The notes under the pieces were generated by a model. That model saw only the letters and a program-made list of their open reading frames with translations, was not told the origin of the DNA and searched no databases. 64,000 bases of DNA from an uncultured Ignavibacteriaceae bacterium (lineage in GTDB: Bacteria; Bacteroidota; Ignavibacteria; Ignavibacteriales; Ignavibacteriaceae): positions 10,223 to 74,222 of the forward strand of contig CAVQOL010000014.1 in NCBI GenBank assembly GCA_963714415.1. The letters run 5' to 3'. Below, one piece after another: positions 10,310 through 21,702 of the stretch (positions within the stretch are counted from its first letter, which is position 1; every line of letters begins with the position of its first letter). The position numbers were made by a program, and so were the translations under genes.

Positions 10310-11238
10310 AAGATAAATGATTTATTTTCTGTTTTTTAAGTTTCTGTACATCAAGTCTTAAAAGATGGATTATCTGATTAACAATTTGGTCAGGAACACC
10401 ATCCTTATGAACAGATTTTAATCTCATATCGCATTGATCATTAACATAATCAATCACTACAAATTTTTTCTCCGGTGTTAAAACAATTTCGGTAGAAAAA
10501 AAATCTAAGTGAGTAAGTTGTACAATTGTTTTTGTAATTTGATTCAGTTTTCTTAATCCGAATTTTTTAATTTGTTCAGCGGTAAGAATTTCATAAATAT
10601 GAGTCTGATCATCCCACCACACACAAATTGGCTTGCCGAAAGCCCAAAAGCTACGGAACCAGGCACGTTTACCTTCAAGATCGCCTGGAATTATTTTTTG
10701 TTGTATAAGATATTTATCCGATTTATTAGTTCGTCTTTCCAAAAGAACTTCTTTTAGTGTTTCAGCGCCGGTAACAACACCTATTCCGCCGCCCGTTGTG
10801 ATGCATGGTTTAATAATAAATGGTCTTCCTAATATTGCAAGATCATCAACAGATATGATTAATTCCTCCTTTTCTTTAAGCGGAGGAATTATTATTGAGT
10901 AAGGAACATTTATTCCTGCAGATATAAATTCAAGGTGCATTGTTGCTTTATCGATAGCATGTTCAACATTTTTGTAAGGATTAAATATTCTGCAATTTCT
11001 TCGAGTTAATATTTTTGCAAGTTCGGTGAAATCATCATCAACATCGGATGCTCTGTCAAGATAAGATCTAAACCAAAGTCTTTTACGTTTTACCAGATCT
11101 GTTATTTCGAAGAATATTATTTTCTGTAATTACAAAGGTTGAAAGTCCGTAAGATTGAAGTGTTTTTTCAATGAGATCAACAAAATCTTTATCGAATTCC
11201 CAAACAAATGATATGGCTAAATCAAATGTGTTAATCAT
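10302..11238 (-). pseudogene. ATP-grasp family protein (RimK/glutathione-synthetase-like), one apparent frameshift
   Basis: ORF 10302..10940 has FIIKPCITTGGGIGVV and a C-terminal ATP-grasp-like layout. Upstream, MINTFDLAISFVWEFDKDFVDLIEKTLQSYGLSTFVITENN is in one frame. FFEITDLVKRKRLWFRSYLDRASDVDDDF...KATMHLEF is in the ORF frame. The shift is at ~11101-11125. Confidence 0.6.
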
Positions 11239-11392
11239 GTAAAATTTTAACTTTTATTATAAAACTTTATAATTCCTTTATCTTTGTAAGTAAAGGCTGT
11301 TAATCAATACCGTAAATATAAAGAAAGAAACCGGCTCCTATAATTTATAAAATACCTTGTTATTCCTCAGCGCTAATAATATATTTTCTTTA

Positions 11393-13219
11393 ATGAAAAG
11401 ACTAATTATTACAAACCTGTTAATGGTATCTGTTCTGCTTCCAATAATTATAGCTTGCGGCGGAAGTGATACGGTTATCCAACCAAAAAATACATCTGTT
11501 GCTTTATCAATCTCTGAAAATCAAAGAAAGAAAAAAGCTTTAGACCATTTTGTAAACGGAACAGTTCTCGAAGCTCAAAACAACTATAATGCTGCTGTAA
11601 GCGAATTTGAGAAAGCCTTGCAATATGATACGACTGCAGGAATTTACTATTCACTTTCAAAAAATTACTTCTTAACAAACAAACTTATTCAATCGCTGAA
11701 TAGTATTAAGAAGGCAGTTGAACTTGATTCAACCAAAATTGAATATTATGATTTAATGGTTGATGTATATTCTGCGGCAAGAAATACATGACTCTGCTCT
11801 TACTGTACTTGAAAAAGCTATGGTTCTTGAACCGAATAATGTAAACCTGTATTACAAACTCGCCAGATTGTATGAAATATCAAAACCATTGGAAGCGATT
11901 TCTGTTTATGAAAAATTAATTGAGTTAGTTGGTCCTGATTGGAACTTGCTTGTTCGCATAGCTGAGTTATATGAAAAAACAGGAGATACAGATCTTGCCT
12001 TGGATGCAATAAAGCGTTTACTTGAAATTGATCCTTCGAATAACCAAATAAAAATTTTGTTGATTGACTTAAATCAACGAGCCGGTAAATATGATGAAGC
12101 AATTCAAATTACAAATGATCTCCTGGAAATAACTCCTAACGATATTTTAGTAAGAGAAAAGAAGGCTCTTGCTCTTATTGCAAAAGAAGATTGGGAAGCA
12201 GCTTCAAAAGAATTTAACTTTATAATTGAAAATGATAGTGTTAATCTTGACGCCAAAATAAATATAGCGGCATCTTATTACGAGAAATCGATGTCCGATT
12301 CGTCACTTCTCCCAATCGCAAAAAATCTTTTTGAAAGAATTGATAAAGACACACTTAACTGGCAGGTGAAAATGTATCTTGGTGCAATTGCATTTAGTGA
12401 AGGTAAGGATTCTTTAGCTATAGAAAATTTTAAATTCGTTACGGAAAATGCTAACTGGAATGTTCAAGCGTGGATAAGACTTGGCGGACTTTTATACGAT
12501 AACAGGAAATATGATGAAGCATCAAAAATAATGTATGAAGCTGTGGAATCTTTTCCTCAGGATTTTGCAGTGAACTTTATACTTGGACTTTCTTTAACAC
12601 AGCTAAATAGTCAGGAACAAGGAGAGGTTTATCTTAAAAAAGCCGTTGATCTTAATCCTTCTGATTTAAATGCACTGTCTGCTTATAGTTATACACTCAG
12701 CCAGTTAAAGAAAAATGAAGAAGCAATTACTTATTTATCAAACGAGCATTACAAATAGATCCGAATGATGTAAATCTTATCGGGACACTTGGACTTATTT
12801 ATAATTCAATTCAAATGTATGCTGAGAGTGATAGTACATATGAAAGAGGATTGGAACTTGATCCACAAAATGCATTAATAAATAATAATTACTCTTATGC
12901 TCTTGCTGTAAGAGGTGAACAGCTTGAGCGGGCATTAGAGATGGTTAAGATTTCAATAGCTGCAGATTCATTAAATTCATCGTACCTCGATACTATCGGC
13001 TGGGTTTATTTTAAGCTTGAAGAATACGGTCTTGCAAAAATATATCTTGAAAAAGCAATTGAAGTCGGAGGTGAAAGTGTTGTTATGTTAGACCATCTTG
13101 GTGATATAGAGTATAAATTAGGTAATATTGTACGGGCAAAAGAACTGTGGAAAAAAGCAGTCGAACTTGAGCCATCGAGAACAGAAATTCAGATAAAAAT
13201 AGAAAAGGGAGAACTTTGA
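11393..13219 (+). pseudogene. TPR-repeat lipoprotein, two apparent frameshifts
   Basis: Lipobox LLPIIIACGG. TPR-like repeats run through three ORF-track pieces (11357..11791, 11760..12758, 12815..13219). These rejoin at ~11783 (AARNT*/HDSALTVLEKA) and ~12748 (YLSNEHYK*/ALQIDPNDVNLIGTLG). Confidence 0.75.
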
Positions 13220-14005
13220 AAAAATATTTAGTCTATTCTGGCGTTATCATTAATAATTTTTTTAACTTCATTTTATGGATGCGTACCTTCACAGCCAACA
13301 GAAGATATTGAACTGCTTCCATCTGAAAGATTGATAAACAGACTTGAAGTTAATCGAAGAAAAATAAAAAATATTGAAGGAATCGGAACTCTTTCTGTAA
13401 AAACTCCTCAGCTTGATAATAGTGCCACATTCAGAGTGATCTTACAAAAACCGGATTCATTACAGCTTACTGTTCTAGGTCCCTTCGGTATCGAATTGGC
13501 TGATGCTGTTGTTTCAAGTAAGGAATTTATTTTTTATGATGCTCTTCAGAATACGGCTTATACCGGTCAAACTGATAGTGAAGCACTTCAGAACATTTTC
13601 AGAATTGATTTAAACTTCAGCGATATTATGGATGCATTTGTGGGCTCCGTTAATCTTACTGAAAATCTTTATAAGACGCCTGATGTTTATGAAGTTGAAT
13701 ATGATAAATATATTCTCACATATTACGATTTGGACAGGCAAATAATAAAAAAATATAAGGTTGATGTTCGTCAGCTTGGAATTACGGATTTTGAATTATC
13801 CACATTAGACGGCGAAGTTAGTATAGAAGGAAAATATTCAAAGTTTGAACTGATTGAGAATGTGGCCGTACCATTTCGTATAGAAGTTTCCAACAGGAAG
13901 CAGAACCAACAAATAAATATTGAGTATAAAAAAATTACAGCCAATAGAAACAGCATTAATATTGATTTTTCTTTACCTGAAGACGCAACTATAATTAAAT
14001 GGTAA
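13216..14005 (+). pseudogene. LolB-like / DUF4292-like lipoprotein, apparent frameshift inside the signal peptide
   Basis: TTG-MKKYLVYSGVII in one frame joins LIIFLTSFYGCVPSQPTEDIE in the ORF frame across the T7 run at 13257-13263. The family call rests on size, the lipobox and the TPR / this gene / M23 order typical of Bacteroidota. Confidence 0.5.
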
Positions 14006-15252
14006 ACAGATTTAAAATATTGCTTTCTCTTCTAATTGTATTTTTGTCAATTTCTGGTATTGCACAAGAAAAACAAATCAACTCCAAGCGTGTTGAATTA
14101 GAGAAACTTAAAAATGAAATTCAAACCATTGAGTCTGAACTAAAAAAAAGTACAACAAAGGAAAAACAATCGCTCCAGACTTATGATAAACTGAACAGGC
14201 AGAATTTTTTAATTAATAAAGTTGTGCTGAATCTGAAAAAAGAAGAAGAGCAAAAAGCAGACGAAATTCAACTTAGTGAACAAAAAATTTCTTCTATCGA
14301 AAATGAAATTGAAAAGCTTAAGAAAAATTATGAAAAATACGTTGTTGCAATATATAAAGGCGGTAAAGTAAATGAGTGGGAAAGTCTTCTTAACTCGGAA
14401 TCATTTAACCAGGCAATTTTACGGTATAAATATCTTAAAGAATTCTCACGTCAACGCAAGAATGATCTCGTTAAGTTCAATGAAAACAAGGAAGAACTAT
14501 TTGCTGCAAAGAAACAACTAGAAATTGAAAGAGCAGAAAAGAGAAAGCTCACAGAGGAAAAAAGCATTGAAGAAAAAACTCTTAAAGCAAAATTAGCTGA
14601 TCAGAAAAAAGTTCTTAACAGAGTTAAAAAAGATAAAGCCGCACTTAATAAAAAATTAAAAGACAAAAGAAACGCTGAAAAGCAAATTGCAAACCTGATT
14701 GTAAAACTTGTTGAGGAGGCAGAACGTAAGCAAAGAGAACTTGAAGAGAAGCAGCAGAAAGATCGTTTGATTGCAAGTACTAATCCTAACATAAAATCTG
14801 AAACATTTCCGGAATATAATTTGGATTTAAATACTGCCTCATTCAAATCATTTGCTGAGTTAAGAGGTAAATTAAACTGGCCCGTAAGAAGGGGAAGAAT
14901 TGTCGGTAAATTCGGTGAGTCAACAAATCCTGCGCTTAGAACCATTACATTGAGCAACGGTATTGATATTAAAACAGCCGGTGATTTAAACGTATACACC
15001 GTTGTTGAAGGAGTTGTATCCGCTGTTGAATGGATACCCGGTTACGGCAGTGTAATCATAATTTCTCACAAAGGAAATTTCCGTACGGTATATAGTCATT
15101 TATCCGAAATATTTGTGAATGAAGGTGATAGAGTCAGAACGGGCACGGTTATAGCAAGAGTAAGTGAGGGAATTGAAGGTACAATTCTTCATTTTGAAAT
15201 ATGGAATGCACGGGAAAAAGTTAATCCGGAATTGTGGTTAAAAAAATCATAA
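13999..15252 (+). CDS. EnvC-like murein hydrolase activator (coiled coil plus degenerate M23/LytM domain)
   Basis: Signal peptide, ~250 aa of K/E-rich coiled coil, then a C-terminal LytM domain. HxxxD reads SNGIDI and HxH reads ILHFE, so the metal ligands are incomplete. Confidence 0.8.
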   Translation: MVNRFKILLSLLIVFLSISGIAQEKQINSKRVELEKLKNEIQTIESELKKSTTKEKQSLQTYDKLNRQNFLINKVVLNLKKEEEQKADEIQLSEQKISSIENEIEKLKKNYEKYVVAIYKGGKVNEWESLLNSESFNQAILRYKYLKEFSRQRKNDLVKFNENKEELFAAKKQLEIERAEKRKLTEEKSIEEKTLKAKLADQKKVLNRVKKDKAALNKKLKDKRNAEKQIANLIVKLVEEAERKQRELEEKQQKDRLIASTNPNIKSETFPEYNLDLNTASFKSFAELRGKLNWPVRRGRIVGKFGESTNPALRTITLSNGIDIKTAGDLNVYTVVEGVVSAVEWIPGYGSVIIISHKGNFRTVYSHLSEIFVNEGDRVRTGTVIARVSEGIEGTILHFEIWNAREKVNPELWLKKS

Positions 15253-15262
15253 TGTATTCTAC

Positions 15263-16528
15263 TTGAAGAAATTCTTTAAAATACCAGGGAGTTATAAAAC
15301 TCTAATTCAGAATTTCTTTTCACTATCAGCACTTCAGTTTTTCAATTATTTATTCCCACTTATAACTCTTCCTTATGTCGTTCGAGTATTAGGACCGGAA
15401 AAATTTGGTTTGGTAAATTTTGCAGCGGCGTTCGTTGGGTATTTCATTACAATCAGTGATTATGGGTTTAATCTTTCTGCAACCAGACAGATTTCAGTTA
15501 ATCGGGATGATCAAAATGAAATAAATAAAATATTTATTTCTGTTATTTTCTCAAAAATTTTATTAGGAATCATTTCTTTCTCCATTTTGATAATTGCAAT
15601 TTTAAGCTTTGAAATATTCAGAAATGAATATCTGCTCTACTTAATCTCATTTGGATTGGTAATCTCGACAATTCTTTTTCCATTCTGGTTATTACAGGGA
15701 TTGGAAAAAATGAAATATATTCCTTTAATTCATCTTGTACCAAAGATCATTGGTACGATTTTAATATTTACAATTATTACAAGTACAGATGATTTTTTAC
15801 TTTATGCTTTAATTCTTTCCGGAGTACAATTAAGCATTGGAATTATCGGATTGCTCTTTGCCATTCGTATAATCAAACTAAAATGGATTTCACCATCATT
15901 CACTAGTATTAAAACTCAATTAAGTGATGGACTTGAGATATTTAAATCAACTATTGCTATAAATCTTTATACAAATAGCAATACATTCATACTGGGTTTG
16001 TTAACTAATAATGAAGTCGTCGGATATTTTTCTGCTGCGGATAAGATCAGGATATTTTTTCAAAGTTTTTTTTCTCCAGTTTCTCAAAGTGTTTTCCCAT
16101 TTGTAAATTATTTGTTGAAGGAATCAAAAGAGAAATTATTATTGTTCAATAAAAAATTGCTAAAATTTCAAGCACTAACCGGAATAGTAATTTCAGTATT
16201 AATTTTCATTTTTGCCGAACAAATTGTTTATCTAATTTTGGGCGATAATTATATGGAATCAGTATTGATCTTAAGAATTATTTGCTGGCTTCCATTTATA
16301 ATTTATATAAGTAATATCTATGGAATTCAAACAATGCTGCCTTTGGGTTTCGACAGACATTTTTTTCTTATAGTTGCGTTGGCTGCAATAATCAATCTAT
16401 CGATAGCCTTTTTGCTTGTACCTTTTTATCAGGCAATCGGCACCTCCATTGCAGTTCTAGTAACAGAAATATTTGTAACTATTAGTATGATTTTATTTTT
16501 ATACAAGAAACAAGTAAAGCTGTTATAA
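15263..16528 (+). CDS. Wzx-type oligosaccharide/polysaccharide flippase
   Basis: 421 aa and multi-spanning throughout. N-terminal NFFSLSALQFFNYLFPLITLPYVVRVLGPEKFG is typical of the polysaccharide biosynthesis flippase family. TTG start. Confidence 0.8.
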   Translation: MKKFFKIPGSYKTLIQNFFSLSALQFFNYLFPLITLPYVVRVLGPEKFGLVNFAAAFVGYFITISDYGFNLSATRQISVNRDDQNEINKIFISVIFSKILLGIISFSILIIAILSFEIFRNEYLLYLISFGLVISTILFPFWLLQGLEKMKYIPLIHLVPKIIGTILIFTIITSTDDFLLYALILSGVQLSIGIIGLLFAIRIIKLKWISPSFTSIKTQLSDGLEIFKSTIAINLYTNSNTFILGLLTNNEVVGYFSAADKIRIFFQSFFSPVSQSVFPFVNYLLKESKEKLLLFNKKLLKFQALTGIVISVLIFIFAEQIVYLILGDNYMESVLILRIICWLPFIIYISNIYGIQTMLPLGFDRHFFLIVALAAIINLSIAFLLVPFYQAIGTSIAVLVTEIFVTISMILFLYKKQVKLL

Positions 16529-16529
16529 G

Positions 16530-17626
16530 ATGAAATACGATTACTTAATTGTTGGTGCCGGATTTGCAGGATCAGTAATGGCTGAAAGATTAGCTTCTCA
16601 GCTTAACAAAAAAGTATTATTGGTCGAGAAAAGAAATCACATTGGAGGTAATGCATATGATGAATATGACGAGCACGGAATTTTAGTTCATCGTTATGGA
16701 CCACATATTTTTCATACAAACAGTAAAGAAGTATTTGATTATCTTTCACAGTTTACTAAATGGATTCCGTATGAACATAAAGTTTTAGCAAAATTTAATG
16801 AAAATTATATCCAATTCCAATAAACAGATTAACAATAAATCAATTATATAATCTAAATCTGAAAACAGAGGAAGAAGTAAAAAATTATTTTGAGAAGGTT
16901 AAAGAGCACAGGCATCCAATAATGAATTCAGAAGATATTATTGTTAATCAGGTTGGAAAAGATTTATTTGAGAAGTTCTTTAAACACTACACAAAAAAAC
17001 AATGGAATCTTGAGCCAGAAGAATTATCGCCGTCTGTATGCGGAAGAATTCCGGTTAGAACAAATGATGATTGCAGATACTTTACAGATAAGTATCAGTT
17101 TATGCCCAAAGATGGTTACACAAGAATGTTTGAAAAGATGTTGAATCATAAAAACATAGAAGTAATTTTAAATACAGATTATAAAAGCATTGTTGATACA
17201 ATTAAATTTGATAAGATGATTTACACAGGACCAATTGATTATTTTTTTGATTATCAGTTTGGAAAACTTCCATACAGATCCATAAGGTTTGAGTTTAAGA
17301 ATTTGAAACAGGACAACTATCAGGAAACGGCTCAAATAAATTATGTTGATGATTCAGTTGAGTTTACACGAGTTATTGAGCATAAATTACTTAGTCAGCA
17401 AAACTCAGAAACTACAACAGTTTCATTTGAATATCCACAACAGGAAGGCGAACCATTTTATCCGATACCAAATGAAAATAACAGGCAACAATATTTACTT
17501 TATAAGAACGATGCACAAAAGTTGAAAAATACAATTTTCTGCGGTCGCTTAGCTGAATACCAATATTATAATATGGATCAGGTTGTGGCGAATACATTGA
17601 AGATATTTGAGAATGAATTATTATGA
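16530..17626 (+). pseudogene. glf: UDP-galactopyranose mutase, one apparent frameshift
   Basis: FAD fold MKYDYLIVGAGFAGSVMAERLA, HIGGNAYD and GPHIFHT. The frame breaks at ~16808 (YIQFQ* versus YPIPINRLTINQLYNLNLKTEEEV...MNSEDII). The C-terminus has RLAEYQYYNMDQVV. Confidence 0.88.
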
Positions 17627-18538
17627 ATGAAAATCCTCTGGTAACCGTAAATATTCTGTCATTCAATCGAAGAGAAGAATTACGAAATACTTTAACAAAA
17701 GTTTTTGAACAGGATTATAAAAATATTGAGATTATAGTCGTAGATAATGCATCTAGTGATGGCAGTTCCGAAATGGTTAAGAATGAATTTCCTGATGTCC
17801 AACTAATCCAGCTTGAAGAGAATATTGGAATTGCCGGATGGAATGAAGGTTTCAAAGCTGCAAAAGGGGTGTATGTTTTGGTGTTGGATGATGATAGCTA
17901 CCGGATACTAATACAATTACAAACGGATTAAAATGCTTTATAGATTCGAATAATCTGGGCATAGTTGCATATAATATTTTCAATAAAAGATTAAATAAAT
18001 CAGAGACTTTGATGGTTTTAATATTACCCCAAGATTTTTTGTTGGATGTGGTGCGTTAATTAAAAAAGAATTAATTATTACAGATAGGACCTTACAACGA
18101 TTTATATTTCATTTATTATCACGAATTAGATTATAGTGCAAGATGTTATGACGCAGATTATGGTATAAAATATCTTCCTGATACTAAAGTAAATCACAAT
18201 CAAAGTTTATTAGCAAGAGGAGATAAAATAGAAAACCCATATTTATCAGAATACAGGATATAAGTATTATTTTATAAGTTATTCAATTTTTTTAATGCAG
18301 AATTTTTATATAAGATATTTAATTAGATATCAAATTAAATGGATATGTAACAGAACAATTATTTGCTTTTAAACATCAATTTTATAAAGCTTATTTTTCA
18401 GCCATTTGGCAATTACTAAAAAAAATAAATATTATATTAAAACAGAGAAGAGTCTTATCCAAAGAAGTTCAAAAATTTTACAATTTTGGGAATGTACCAT
18501 TAATTGACAGATCATATTTTATTGCTAATCCATTATGA
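17623..18538 (+). pseudogene. Family 2 glycosyltransferase, multiply frameshifted
   Basis: An intact N-terminus (VTVNILSFNRREEL...IIVVDNASSDGS...VLVLDDDSY) stops at 17931. Later fragments in other frames read GCGALIKKELI, YHELDYSARCYDADYGIKYLPDTKVNHNQS and a tail ending IDRSYFIANPL*. It has ATGA overlaps with both neighbours. Confidence 0.7.
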
Positions 18539-19701
18539 ATGATAAACCAGTCTGGCAAATTTATTTCAATAATTTTGTTGCTTTTGTAATATTTATTTTT
18601 TTCAAATATTTATTAAAGGATAAAAATATTTCCCAAAATAATATATTGTTTATTAACACAGGTCAAATAGGTGATATCATAATATCAAGCGTACTTTTCG
18701 AGAATATTACAAATTTTAATAAAAATCAAAAAATATTTTTCTTAATAAACGAAAATTATAATGAAATATTCAAGAATTACTTAGGCCCAGTACAAATAAT
18801 TAATTGGAATTATAAAAAGTATAAATTCAATTTTTATTATAGAATAAATTTTTTAAGAAAAATAAGAAAGATTGGTTTTGATATAACAGTAAATTTGACA
18901 GCAGCAAGAGGAATAACTAATGATGAGATAGCATTGTTGAGTGGTGCAAGAGAAATAATATGTTTGAATTCTAATTGGAGATATCTTAAAAAAATTTTCG
19001 GAAAAAAGATGGACTCTTTTTATGATATTATTATTAATACAAATTCAAATAATGAATTTGACAGACAACTAATTGCTATTGAATATTTAACGGGTAGAGT
19101 TCCAATATTCAAAACGTGAGTTTATATCAGTAATGTCACTGAAAATAAAGTAAGAAACTTGATATTAAATATATTGGATTTAGATAAGATTCCAATTATT
19201 GTAACGATTGCACCATTAACAGATTTGTCAATTAAAAACTGGGGTATGGCGAATTATAAAAAATTAATTGAGAAGATTTTGGAGTACAACGATTTAATAG
19301 TTGTATTAATTGGAAATAAAAATCAAACGAAAGAATTAGAAAGTTTAACAACAATAAATAGTAACAGAGTAATAAATATGGCGGGTAGATTATCAATATT
19401 CGAGAAAGCGCATCATTTGTTAAAATATCTTCTCTTTTCATCGGGAACGATTCGGGATTTACTCATATAGCTAAAGCCTTACGGAAGCAATTAGTAGGTA
19501 TTATTGGTGGAGGATCTTTTGGTATTTTCTTCCCTTATAATAAGAATTCAAATGAAGTTTATCTTTATTCGGATTTAGAATGTTTTGGTTGTGGATGGAG
19601 ATGTATTAAGGATAGACCTTACCTGTCATCAGAATCTAACAGTTGAGGAAGTATTTGAATATATCAAAAAAATGATCCCTAATGTATATGATAACTTTTA
19701 A
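18535..19701 (+). pseudogene. Family 9 (heptosyltransferase-like) glycosyltransferase, frameshifted
   Basis: Pieces are 18535..19119 and 19159..19470. A further frame reads GNDSGFTHIAKALRKQLVGIIGGGSFGIFFPYN...LECFGCGWRCIKDRPY, which is a GT9-type C-terminus. Confidence 0.6.
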
Positions 19702-19810
19702 GTACAAAATTATTTTCAAACAATTGATGTTTTTAATTAAGCAATTCACTCTCATATAAATTTCATATTTTAGTTAAAAATCCTCATATTCCATCAATTT
19801 CAGATTTAAT

Positions 19811-20813
19811 TCAAACTGTTTTAAAGAATTTGAATCCCTTTTCTAATCCTTTCTTTATTTGAATTTTTTTATCATAAATATCAAGAACATATTTCTTTAA
19901 TTCAATTATTTTTTTTGGTTTAACCAAAAAGCCGTTCATATTATGTCTTATAATTTCAGAAATACCGCCGATGTCCGAGGCAATTACAATTTTCCCAGAT
20001 GCTACCGCTTCCAATAAAATTAGACCAAATCCTTGGCATGTCTAATACTTGGTAATATAAGTACATCAATTTGTTGAAAGGATCCAATCATATTATCATT
20101 CCATTCGATAAAATTAACTTTATCAGCAACCTTAAGTTTATTAGCCAGTGTTTTTAGGCTATCTTTCTGTGACACTTACCCTGAATAAATAATTCTATTT
20201 CATAATCCTTTACCTCTCTTCATTCAGTCTAATAAATACTTTATACCCTTTGATTTCTCTAGTCTTCCTGCATAACCTAATTTTAATTTTTGCCCCGGAA
20301 TGTTAAATATTTTATTTTATCAAAAGTATATTCTTGCAGATTAATACCATGAGTAATTTTATATACTTTTGATTTATCTCTTCTATAAAAATTAATTAAA
20401 TTATTATAGACTGGATTTGAAACAGATATATAATAATCGGCGGTTATAAAAAATCCTCTTAAATCTTGAAATAAACTTATGGCTGAATATATAATCTTAA
20501 TATTGGGATATTTTATTTTTATTATCCAAATAATTGGAATGAATATCCGATGGAAATAATGAATTGTATCTACATTTTCATTTATGACAGCATTTTGAAT
20601 TATCTTATAATTTAAAATAATTTCTTTTAAGAAATTCCCCTTAAACAATCCAAAATAATTCACTTTTAGTATTTTGATTTTTCTTTAATAATGCTTTTAT
20701 AAGCAGCTACGGCAATTTTCTCAAATTTATTATTAAAGTGATTTATTATATCTTAATAATTGTTTCTCCGCTCCGCCAAATTGGTCTGCTTTTATTAAGA
20801 ATAATATTCTCAT
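19811..20813 (-). pseudogene. Family 4 glycosyltransferase, multiply frameshifted
   Basis: The N-terminus MRILFLIKADQFGGAEKQ starts at an ATGA overlap with the tagA-like stop. The middle lies in ORF 20283..20663. Fragments LGYAGRLEKSKGIKYLL are present, and the C-terminus EAVASGKIVIASDIGGISEIIRHNMNGFLV is in ORF 19811..20014. Confidence 0.7.
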
Positions 20814-21574
20814 CTATTTATTTTAATTTCAATTACTTTTTTAATAAAATAAGGGATATCATTAAGCACATATCTTCTGAATAGTCTTTTAGGCTCTGAT
20901 ATTAACCTCCAAACCCACTCCATTCCAAATCTTTGAAAAACAAGCGGACTTCTTTTTTTACTCCCTGCAAAAAAATCTAGTGCAGCTCCTATTCCTATTC
21001 CTAATTTAAATTCGATATCATCCTTATATTTATCAATCCATTTCTCTTGACGTGGGCAGCCTAAAGCAACAAATAGAATCTCAGGTCTAGATTTTGATAA
21101 TTGTTCGATGACTTCTTTATTTAAATTTTCGTCTTCCTCAAAATATAGAGGCGGTGAAATAAGATTGGTTATTTCTACCTTTAGCTTATTTTCTTGAATT
21201 TTATTTTTTATTTTTAACAGAGTGGTTTTAGAAGAGCCCAAAAATGCAATTTTCAATTTGTTAGCACTAGATAAATTTAAAATAATTTTTAAAATATCAT
21301 TCCCGGTAATTCTTTTAATTTTAAATTTATATTTTAATCTCATTAATAAAGTAATTCCGATTCCATCTGGAAGTACTATATGTGCTCTCTTACAAATTTC
21401 TTTAAATTCTTTATCAATATTTGCTGTCCTCAAAAAATCAATATTTAACGTTATAATTTGAAGTGGTTTGATTTTATTATCTAAAATGTTTTTAATTTTA
21501 AGTTTCAAATTATCTTCATTATCAGAATATATCGGGATATCATCTAACAAATATTTATTATTAAGATCAGACAT
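20810..21574 (-). CDS. WecB/TagA/CpsF family (GT26) glycosyltransferase
   Basis: VLPDGIGI, ILFVALGCPRQEKWI, GIGAALDFFAGSKKRSP and MEWVWRLISEPKRLFRRY. Confidence 0.85.
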   Translation of the reverse strand: MSDLNNKYLLDDIPIYSDNEDNLKLKIKNILDNKIKPLQIITLNIDFLRTANIDKEFKEICKRAHIVLPDGIGITLLMRLKYKFKIKRITGNDILKIILNLSSANKLKIAFLGSSKTTLLKIKNKIQENKLKVEITNLISPPLYFEEDENLNKEVIEQLSKSRPEILFVALGCPRQEKWIDKYKDDIEFKLGIGIGAALDFFAGSKKRSPLVFQRFGMEWVWRLISEPKRLFRRYVLNDIPYFIKKVIEIKINR

Positions 21575-21702
21575 ATAATTTAGCGTATAGTTATCTTACA
21601 CAAGTTAAAAATTTAAAAAGACCTGGTTATTTTTATCAATATTTTCAATTATAAATTTTTAATTGGTTAGGATCTTTAATCATTTAAACCACATTTCAAT
21701 TT

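Noticed and set aside
11279-11286. Bacteroides-type -7 promoter boxes TAnnTTTG: TATCTTTG at 11279-11286 and 41316-41323, and TATATTTG at 48907-48914, each upstream of an operon start.
   Set aside because: The motif has only six fixed A/T-rich positions in AT-rich DNA. None has a TTTG -33 partner at the right spacing, and the genes here use SD-like sites (GGAGG, AGGAG). The evidence is too weak to call.
14601-14999. A 132-aa antisense ORF, with similar antisense ORFs at 34365..34880, 36069..36299, 38352..38672, 39483..39797, 46558..46962 and 46991..47329.
   Set aside because: Each lies opposite a gene with strong motif support, with no start context or motifs of its own. This is typical of spurious open frames in AT-rich DNA.
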